This document shows positions 1 through 13,100 of a stretch of DNA of 64,000 nt, one piece after another; the first letter of the stretch is position 1, and every line of letters starts with the position of its first letter. Position numbers and translations under genes: made by a program. Source of the stretch: Ylistrum balloti (lineage: Eukaryota); NCBI RefSeq assembly GCF_031769215.1, contig NW_026782580.1, positions 682,001 to 746,000 on the forward strand. Reading direction: 5' to 3'. Under the pieces are notes generated by a model. It saw only the letters and a list, made by a program, of their open reading frames with translations. It was not told the origin of the DNA and did not search any database.

Positions 1-419
1 AAATTTTAAGATATATGGTTTAATTTTTTGCGAGAGTCCTCCACTAATTCTGAGATTCCTCAAAGACTTCTGAGTTAGTTTTATACTACTGATGGTGAAT
101 TGGAGAAGTAAAATTAAACTTGAATTAGGAAATTTCAAAATTACTAAATATGAGACTTAAGATATACTACAAAGGGCAATTTGGAGCTAAGCTAAATTCT
201 GGATCACAATAGTAGTTGAAAGATTCCCTTCTCTAAGGGTCTAGATTTGCTGTTTTTATTTGTGTACAGTATACTCTTTCTTTATAGAAGATAATGCCTC
301 TTTCAACCAAATGTTTTGGGTCAAATTTTATTACTATTGATGTCTCATTTTCTACATTACTAGAATATTTATCATTGTTCTCTTTTACTGCAGTACAATA
401 TACTGTTCATCATTGTGGT

Positions 420-659
420 TCATCCGTCATTGTGCACCGTCCAGCGTATGTAAACTTTCCATTCAAATGACTTCTTCTCAATAACCAAATGGCCAAGGGT
501 GCTGATATTGGGCCTGCAGCATGCTTTTTCAACAAGCAGTATGTGGGGAGTAATGGCATTTGTGTAGTGCATGTGAAAAGAATATGATTTCAGGTTTACA
601 GAAAATGTCTTAATTAACCAAATAATGTCGTCTATGTAAGCAGTAGTGTAGGGGGGCAA
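420..659 (-). mobile_element. Decayed Ty3/Gypsy-like reverse transcriptase fragment in a TXNL4B intron
   Basis: The minus ORF reads AYIDDII-x3-KTF..NL...LLVEK...LGHLV...KVYIRW. The spacing YxDD -> EK (33-34 aa) -> LGH (9-10 aa) -> KV..I.W matches the Ty3/Gypsy RT palm/thumb consensus. Short and degenerate. Confidence 0.5.
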
Positions 660-696
660 TTTATTTTAGGCCTATTTAATATATAGGTCTTAATAA

Positions 697-730
697 TCAG
701 ATGACCGTTTAGGCCCATGGGCCTCTTGTT
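697..730 (+). mobile_element. 3' end remnant of a Helentron-associated (CvA/Pearl/DTC84-like) non-autonomous repeat
   Basis: CAGATGACCGTTT-AGGCCCATGGGCCT-CTTGTT: a perfect 14-bp palindrome (711-724) followed by CTTGTT, which is the typical 3' terminus of these bivalve elements. Confidence 0.5.
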
Positions 731-749
731 CTATTTGAATTTCTTACAG

Positions 750-915
750 GACTGCAGACCACACTAAATTCATTGGAAGTTTCAAGTGCAAACAGGATTT
801 CCTAGATGTTGTTGAGGTGATTTACCGGGGTGTGATGAAGGGAAAAGTCATGATCCGAAGTCCTCTTGATCCTCGTGATGTTCCCAAGTATGAACTCATC
901 TATAAGGATATATGA
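750..915 (+). CDS. TXNL4B: Thioredoxin-like protein 4B (Dim2), terminal coding exon; upstream exons lie outside the window
   Basis: Acceptor ttcttacag|G. Translation (G)[54 protein letters not shown] matches the TXNL4B C-terminus ([32 protein letters not shown]...SPIDPKNIPKYDLLYQDI). Confidence 0.92.
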
Positions 916-920
916 GGATT

Positions 921-1230
921 CTTCTTCAACACAAGTGTCCTATGAATGACTTTACAAGGACAAGGTTGTCTGAAGTACTAGTTCTACACCACAAGTGTCC
1001 TTTGAATGAGTTTAAAAGGAAAAGACTATCTGAAGTACTAGTTCTACAACACAAGTGTCCTATGAATGACTTAACACGGACAAGGTTGTCTGAAGTATTA
1101 GTTCTACAACACAAGTGTCCTATGAATGACTTAACGATGACAAGACTGTCTGAAGTATTAGTTCTACAACACAAGTGTCCTATGAATGACTTTACAAAGA
1201 AAAGGATGTTTGAAGTGTTAGTTCTACAAA
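921..1230. repeat. 60-bp minisatellite, about 5 copies, in the TXNL4B 3' UTR
   Basis: Unit approx. GTTCTACAACACAAGTGTCCTATGAATGACTTTACAAGGACAAGGTTGTCTGAAGTACTA. Consecutive 60-nt lines align directly. Confidence 0.95.
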
Positions 1231-1413
1231 ACACAAATTCTGTAAGAATGAGGTCATCTAAAAGGAGAGTTGTTGACTACGACTCAAAAGAACAGCAGAA
1301 CAATGAACGAGTATCCGAAGTACAACATTGCTGAGTCAAGAATACAAGAACGTACTTATGTGCTTCTGAAAGCCAATGAAACGGGATGAAAAATTGTGAC
1401 CACATTACATTTA

Positions 1414-1419
1414 AATAAA
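1414..1419 (+). terminator. Putative polyadenylation signal of TXNL4B
   Basis: First AATAAA seen after the stop codon at 915. Confidence 0.45.
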
Positions 1420-2199
1420 AACTGTCAGAAACATATCCAAGCTATTGTAATTACTCTCCCCACTTCACAGTTGTCCACCCTATACATGAATTTCCTTGTA
1501 CATGCCCTTGGGTAAAGGTATCCAACATTTATACCTTGAAACAGAAACTGTCAACAGTTATTGTAAGATACGGTATTGTCAAGACCTTGAGGTGGAAACT
1601 TACAAATCCAATCCTTTGGTTTAGATATTTTTGTCTTGTACTTCGAGCTGGATTGGAATATTTCACACACACCCCCTCCCCCTTGGGAGTGAGATGAGGT
1701 AATGTCAACCACAGGGAGAAGATTATCAAGTTGGTAAACACAAGTCTGGCCAAATGATTGCAACTAAATAATCTTGAGATCTATATCACAGTCCAAGGTG
1801 TAACTATGTAGTCCTTTAGGTACAAGTTATTGTCACCTTAATGCTGTAAGATGGCTAGGCGGTGTCACACATTCACTTTTGGTCCAAATACTCCAGGGGT
1901 CAATGATACATTTGCTTAAAAGTTACACACATTGCCAAGACTATAACTTCTCTCCCAACTGGTCAATGAAACGTGGAAAAATATAGGAAAGTGTTTTAAC
2001 AAATACTTTCTCAGAATGGCAGCCCAAGATCACACTGAGGTGAAAGAACCGACTTGACAATAAAACTAAAGAGATACATGTAGAATGATAGAGTGCCATT
2101 TAAATATGCTAATTAAAAAACAAGAATTAACATTGCAGTTAAACTTAGCAGAACAAATCTGGTTTTGTTGTCTTTATTTAGTAAACAATAACAGAAAGA

Positions 2200-2875
2200 G
2201 TAAGAAAATACCAACACCAGCCATGTAACCTTGGTCAATCCAAATAAGTAAAATCCTATTCTTCAATGAGAACAAAGTATAAAACCATGGAACCTACAGG
2301 CAGACTAATGAGCATAAAACATGCCCAGCTTTGTATCACACAAAGAAATACAGCATTTCTCAGGATCACTACAAGGGTTGTAAAACTTCTCCATTCATAA
2401 ATCTGCTTTTTTTTAAACCAATGTTATGTGCATCAGTCAACAACTTCTTGCATGAAAATTGTGGTAATGGGAAAACGTCACTGAATATCAAATCAGCTTG
2501 GTAGAATGTTGTCCATGTTGGAAACAATCGAGATAAGTGGCTGATGCAGAAGTGTCTTCATTTCCAATGCTGGTGGGTATATACAATGGACTTGGACCAT
2601 AAATTTCTTGTAATTTACAGACAAGACGTCATCAATTATCTCAATGCGAATTTAACAATTTTGCAAGGTCTTCTTGAACTGTTACTACTCATAGGTATGC
2701 CAATAATCTGTTTGAGACTCTAACCACCAAACTCAACAAAGATGTGAAACAGAAACTCTTTTCAATGTTACATTGCCATGCTAAACTGTAAGATTGTACA
2801 CTGGTCTTGCAATCAAGTTTTACATAAGAGGTAAATATTACACTTTCAATATTGGTCCAGCAAACAATCATCCTT
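2200..2875 (-). mobile_element. Penelope-like retroelement RT remnant (copy 1), frameshifted
   Basis: Frameshifted blocks FVEFGG*SLKQIIGIPMSSN, IIDDVLSVNYKKFMVQVHCIYPPALEMK, DTSASATYLD...STKL match the PLE RT motifs (GIPMG, YIDDVLSLN, IYPPELEIKDT, SASYLD). Nucleotide similarity to 25430-25900. Confidence 0.8.
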
Positions 2876-3081
2876 TTTTCTTTATTTAAATCATGATAAC
2901 CTTACCAATCAATGTGAAAAAAAAAAATGTTGCAATTTACTTGACATTAAAACTATAGTGACTGGATAATATTAGTTAATGGTACCACAAGACCAAGCAA
3001 ATCATAAAATTCACTCAAACATATCAAGGCAACTCATATTTCTGTAACAAAAAATTAAAATCAAATTGGTTTTTCTTTTTT

Positions 3082-3087
3082 TTTATT
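3082..3087 (-). terminator. Putative polyadenylation signal of RPS23
   Basis: AATAAA on the minus strand about 27 nt after the stop codon. Confidence 0.6.
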
Positions 3088-3113
3088 TGTCTCTGTACAT
3101 GAAGTAAATAGAC

Positions 3114-7064
<3,951 letters not shown>

Positions 7065-7080
7065 GATGGCGGATATTCGT

Positions 7081-7090
7081 GAAAAAGGCC
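7081..7090 (-). promoter_or_regulatory. TCT/5'-TOP-type transcription start of RPS23
   Basis: Minus strand GGCCTTTTTC just upstream of the short first exon. Ribosomal-protein genes characteristically initiate at C within a pyrimidine tract. Confidence 0.7.
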
Positions 7091-7536
7091 GATCTCGCAA
7101 AATCTCGCACTGTCATTCGGAATACCTCGGAAAGACAAAACTAATACTTTATCCGAAAAATATGGGCGACCGGATTATATTACGCCCCACCATGAATGAA
7201 AAAAAGCGTGGTATATATGTGTTTGATAACTTCTTAACTTATTATACAGCATATTTATCAACATTTAGAGTACTCTACTGTATATAGGTCGTAAGATGTA
7301 TTAAAAAGATGTTGCCCCATATAATGGTCTGAGGACAGAGAGGGTTCAGCATGACATCTTTTCTTCTCTTAAAACATCTATTTTCACCTAAAGTCTCACT
7401 TGTTTAGCCTGTAGTTGTGCGCTCTCTCCCTACTCGGGAACCTTGATAATAAGAAGCGAAATGTTTATATAGGTGCGAGACACAATACTAGAAAATATGA
7501 GACTAGAAAATGGCCGTCTTAGGAGTACAACTGTCA

Positions 7537-8362
7537 AAAACATTGTTTGTGTATGCGATTGTACAAACAAAACATTGTTTGTGTATACGATTGTACAAAC
7601 AAAACATTGTTTGTGTATACGATTGTACAAACAAAACATTGTTTGTGTATACGATTGTACAAACAAAACATTGTTTGTGTATACGATTGTACAAACAAAA
7701 CATTGTTTGTGTATGCGATTGTACAAACAAAACATTGTTTGTGTATGCGATTGTACAAACAAAACATTGTTTGTGTATGCGATTGTACAAACAAAACATT
7801 GTTTGTGTATGCGATTGTACAAACAAAACATTGTTTGTGTATGCGATTGTACAAACAAAACATTGTTTGTGTATTGTTTGTGTATGCGATTGTACAAACA
7901 AAACATTGTTTGTGTATGCGATTGTACAAACAAAACATTGTTTGTGTATGCGATTGTACAAACAAAACATTGTTTGTGTATGCGATTGTACAAACAAAAC
8001 ATTGTTTGTGTATGCGATTGTACAAACAAAACATTGTTTGTGTATGCGATTGTACAAACAAAACATTGTTTGTGTATGCGATTGTACAAACAAAACATTG
8101 TTTGTGTATGCGATTGTACAAACAAAACATTGTTTGTGTATGCGATTGTACAAACAAAACATTGTTTGTGTATGCGATTGTACAAACAAAACATTGTTTG
8201 TGTATGCGATTGATTGTACAAACAAAACATTGTTTGTGTATGCGATTGTACAAACAAAACATTGTTTGTGTATGCGATTGTACAAACAAAACATTGTTTG
8301 TGTATACGATTGTACAAACAAAACATTGTTTGTGTATACGATTGTACAAACAAAACATTTGT
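7537..8362. repeat. 32-bp minisatellite, about 26 copies, between the divergent RPS23 and ATP6AP1 starts
   Basis: Unit ATTGTACAAACAAAACATTGTTTGTGTAT(G/A)CG with internal inverted repeat ACAAACAA-aaca-TTGTTTGT. It explains all six long ORFs in the track here. Confidence 0.98.
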
Positions 8363-8521
8363 TTACTGGGTTTGTTTCGCTGTGTACAGCCAGAATCATT
8401 TTTTGGGGCGACGAAGCTGGTGCTACCTTATTGAAAACATACAGGAGGACCGTCGCATGCGGACCACATTAAAGGAAACATTCCATCAAAGAATGTAAAT
8501 ATCAGATTACATATATAACAT

Positions 8522-8531
8522 ATCACGTGAC
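8522..8531. promoter_or_regulatory. CLEAR/E-box-like element
   Basis: ATCACGTGAC (reverse GTCACGTGAT), 9/10 match to the CLEAR consensus GTCACGTGAC, 1.5 kb upstream of the ATP6AP1 ATG. Confidence 0.4.
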
Positions 8532-9986
8532 AGACAATTTGCTTCATGTGAAAGTGTCGACAATTGCTAACTGTTTATTCACTACAACTTCCAAACTTCC
8601 TTTTGGGGGATGTCGTTGTGGTGTGATGGTAAGGCAGTTGGAGAATTATTCGGCTATGCGATTTGGATCCTTATATCATGATATCGAGACCTGGAATAAA
8701 ATAACTTCCTTCGACAGTTGTGAAATTTCATGAAACGCGAAATAGAAGGGTTTTTTTGCGAGCCTTAGCGACAAAAATTGAAACTTTCAAATGAACTTCT
8801 TAATATCTCATATGAAATGAAAACAAATTTAATCACATAACTCAGGAAAGTTACGTTTTGACATATCTAACGTAAAAAATATTAGGACAAAACTAAACGG
8901 AGGTAGTCATTTTTTGCGCCATATAAAATTAATGACGAAACGTCATTGTCACTTTTATGACACCATAATCCATTTCTGAATGGTGCAGCCAATGAAAAAC
9001 GCTACATGATATCTACCACTAGTGATAAGTATCCAAAAAATTATTACATGCGATAGCTTCCTGGATATCTGAGCGTTTATGTGATACAAGGATTCACCTT
9101 ATTATTTTCCAAGAAAAAATATTGTTAAATAGTGTTGAACTCCAAATTGTGACCGTCTTTCAATTATATTGAGTTTCAATGGTTACATACTACATATACT
9201 GTATATATATTCTTTTAAAAGGAAGTGTTATGTACCGTTTTTAAAGCGAGACTCATTTAGTCACAAATCAAGTCTATATTTAAATCAATAATTTAGTAAT
9301 CGCGAGTACTTTAAGACAGATATGAGAGACCACAATACACATCATTAGATAATTTTCATCACTTCGAAAATATTGAACGAAAAATGCAATATTTGAAATA
9401 GCAAATAATACAGTTCTGTGACTAAAACTGTTTACACTCCTCGGAGCTTTGAACCCTAAAAATACATACCAATATTGTGTTTGATGTTGAATGTGCTTTG
9501 TTTGGTTAGATATGTTGGTGAAACAAATAGACGAAAGGTTATCGTGTAGCAGTGAACAGCACAGAAAATCAATGTACACCAACATTTCAACCGCCATGAA
9601 TATTCTAATCTACCACACTTCTGACCTTACACTTACCACACCGTACCTGACACTTTGAAATGAATACTGTAATTTTTATCATAGACCGAAGTTTGAATTC
9701 ATCAGATTTTCATCCTTTTTAGCGTATTAATATTCAACCTGATGGTAACTGCTTTTTGGTGTTTGTGAAATGGACATTAAAAATAAATCTCCGTTTTTCA
9801 CTATGTCTATTTTGCCGATTTTGTTATAGTGACAGTCACTCTTCAAAAAGACATTGTTCGTATTGAACTAAGCATGAAGGCATATTTAAAAATGCGGATA
9901 GTCTCTTTTCCGTCTTCTTTTAATTTTTTACTACGCACCCCTGATCTGACAGATGACAAAGCCCGAAACGTTCCGATTATACCGCT

Positions 9987-9996
9987 GTCACATGAT
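9987..9996. promoter_or_regulatory. M-box (MiT/TFE site) next to the ATP6AP1 start
   Basis: GTCACATGAT contains TCACATGA (reverse TCATGTGA), about 50 nt upstream of the ATG. Confidence 0.5.
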
Positions 9997-10043
9997 TACG
10001 TGCCATAGATTCTAAGGAAAAGAAAGCTTGCGAAGACCTGAAG

Positions 10044-10129
10044 ATGTTAGCGGTTTGTGCTATATTGTTCTTCGTTGGAACCTGTACTTGTACATCTGAT
10101 GTACCTGTACTTATATGGTCACAAAGCAG
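10044..10129 (+). CDS. ATP6AP1: ATP6AP1 exon 1 (signal peptide MLAVCAILFFVGTCTC-TSDVPVLIWSQS)
   Basis: aagATG ... AG|gtaaag. Confidence 0.9.
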
Positions 10130-13100
10130 GTAAAGTGGTTATGTGTGCTGATTATAAATCGTATCTATAGTTTAGCGATCCGGTATAATTTATACTGCTT
10201 GCTTGACTCCTGACGTCACATCGAATCGATAACCAGGGGCTTGCGAGTTTAGGAACAATATGTGTATATTCTGACCCTCAATCAAAGTAAATTGGCAAGT
10301 AACTTATTTACACAAGCTAGAGACTCGTATACGTATGTATTTATCTTTTATGCAAATTTCATTTGCATTCTGAAAAACGGTTCTGGACAAGCCTCGTCCA
10401 GCACCTGTGCCTCAATCGAAGTCGTTTAACTTCCTCAATCATAGTCCATAAGTAATTAACTCAGCTTCGATCTAGACAAGCCTTAGACCGAAAATTTCTG
10501 TCTCTGAAATGGTAATTTAATGTCAATATTCACATTTACTGTGCTGTTATTAATATTGACATTTTAATTGAATATGCTCATTTTTTTAAAATTTAATTGT
10601 TTGTTTTATACAGACAGAACGGAGATGTTTATAAATGCGGTAAAACATATTCATCTTATAAATCTTGGATTCATTTCAAAGTTTATCAAATTTACAAATT
10701 CAAATTGCGTCACCATTACCAGCTATACTAATAACAGCCTGTCACTGCCTGGCATTGTCCAGTGCTACCCTGTTGCGGGAGGTGCCAGGCTGTTATTAGT
10801 AAAACTTGTAATAACTGTGCAATTGACTTTCTATATTGAAATACAGAGAGGAAATACACTGAATTTAAAGTAAAGTTGTAAATTGATGTGTTCCCATTTT
10901 TGATATGACAAATCAAGTTCAACCAGAATTATTTTATTATATGATATCCATTTCAGCCCTATGAGCCAGATTCCACAAGTGAACCTTGGAAACACAGTCA
11001 AAGTCCAAGAATTTTCTAACAACTACCTAACACCTCTGAGGTCCCAGAAAGATGGAAACTTGGTTGTTTTCCTTCAGGAAAAGGTAAATCAAATTGATGT
11101 ATCATTTTGATAACAAACCTGTACATTATACAATAAAAGATTAACTTGTTCTTTATGATTTCAAAGCCTCAGTTATCAATAAAAAGTTTCCAGGAAGATA
11201 ATGAGTTCACTAATTTTGAAAACGCTGTCGAAATTGAAGGCATTTATTGTCCTTTCTGAAGAAGAAAGCAGTGATCTTAAAATGAAACCATGGTTTGACT
11301 CTCCTAGAAAAGTTTGAAAATGATATTCTCATGCAGATTTTATTTTCAGTCATGAGGGGCAGGGTGATCACTGCCATATCAAATGACTTGTCTCCCTTTA
11401 CACTGAGTTATGGTCTGTTTTCTTTTACAGTTAAGTGTTGAGGATTTTACCAAGTATGGTGATGTTTACAATTCCTTCAGTGATGGTGGAGCATTTAAAA
11501 ATGTCAAGGTGAGGAAATTTTGCGAAAGAAGAGGAAAAAAAACAAGTTCATGCAAGTGGCTTTAATTCAAAAGTTTGTAATATCAAATATGAATGTTTTT
11601 ATGTGATGTAAGTTGATTTAAGAATTAATGTATCACAAGGTATTATATATTAGAGAAAATGTGTATTTTTTTTCAGGCCCTTATGGATGAGAATTTCTCA
11701 GTCCACCTTCCTGCTGTCAGCTCACCACTGAATGCTCTTAACACACTGAGGAAGACTTTTGATGGAAAAGTTCATGAAGTCACAAGTGCAGTAGATGTTG
11801 ATGACCTTGATCTTGGGTCTGGAATCAAGAACTTGATTATTGTAAAATTGGCCCCAGGAAATGGTGCTCAGTCAGAGGAAGAATCTCTTGCATCTAATGG
11901 TAATTTAACTTCCTGTTGATCATTGACTGACAGTGGGATATTAATGAACGTCAGTTGTCACTATGGTAGTGTGTAAATATAAACTGTCCATTGATACTAT
12001 TGGTCTGTACATTCACAGTGGCATGTTTATATAAATTTGAGGTCAATGTAACGATTGTCAACCTGTTTTATTGTTTAAAAGTAACATGATACATTATTAC
12101 TTGAAGAAAATCATATTGTTTGTGTTTATGTCAAGTTTACAGACGCTCTTTGATCTGCATTCAATGTTCTTATTTTGTATTTTTGACAGATGGTCAGATT
12201 GGAGATGTAGTTCGACGGCTGGACAAGAGAGAACTCAAGTACACAGCCTTGTACACAGCTAAATCAGCTGTGCAGGTAAGCTCATGTCTTTGTTGCAGAT
12301 TTCAATTCCTTCTTGTTACCAGTAACGTGACATTTTGGAAGCATAATGAAAATATTGGTCATGATTGCTTTTATATTTCCTGACAACGTTCCATGGCTGT
12401 CATGGACTCTTGTTTACATAGATGGAAACATTCCAAAAAGATTTACTGCTTGATTTATCAGAACAAATATAAAATGAAATAAATACAGAGTTGTTTCCCT
12501 TACAGAATCAGAAGCAAGCCTCTAGTGTAAAGCGCCATCTACTGGCAGCCGAGACATTGAATGATAATAACAATGGAACGTTCCTCAACATGACCTGTAT
12601 GTACTTCTACATCCGAACCATCACTGCGTATTTGGACAAAGGTGGTAAGAACACCACTGTACATCTCAATGAAACAACCAGTTTTACTGATGAAGGTTCT
12701 ACATGTGGCAATTCAACAGCAATGTAAGTCTTTTGAGGGACTCACTTGGGAGGTTTTCTTAGTCCATTTTACTGCCCTTGTGTATACTGTATATGTGGGT
12801 ATTTTTGAACAGATGATTGCCGATTCTCTAGTTCTTTATGGAGTGAGAACAAATTAATGCAAAAATAATGATGAATGTAAAAATGAGCCTTAATATTAAA
12901 CTTTTTTGCATCTTTAAATGTACATTTGGCTGCAATCTCCAGTAAACAGGGTAATATTCAAACTGAGTGTGATATTAGAAACAGTAGCTTAAGATCACAT
13001 GAACAAGTGGTTAGTTATTTCATAATTGTCCTTACTTGTAACAACATACTGTCTAAGCACTTATTAATGTGTAATATATGTGTATGTATAAAGAGTTCAT

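Noticed and set aside
7430-8498. Six long ORFs (246-320 aa) in both directions
   Set aside because: All are translations of the 32-bp repeat, which happens to lack stop codons on both strands; there is no splice or homology support.
8595-8660. tRNA or SINE head (TGGTGTGATGG A-box-like)
   Set aside because: No B box or cloverleaf; no tRNA gene is supportable anywhere in the window.
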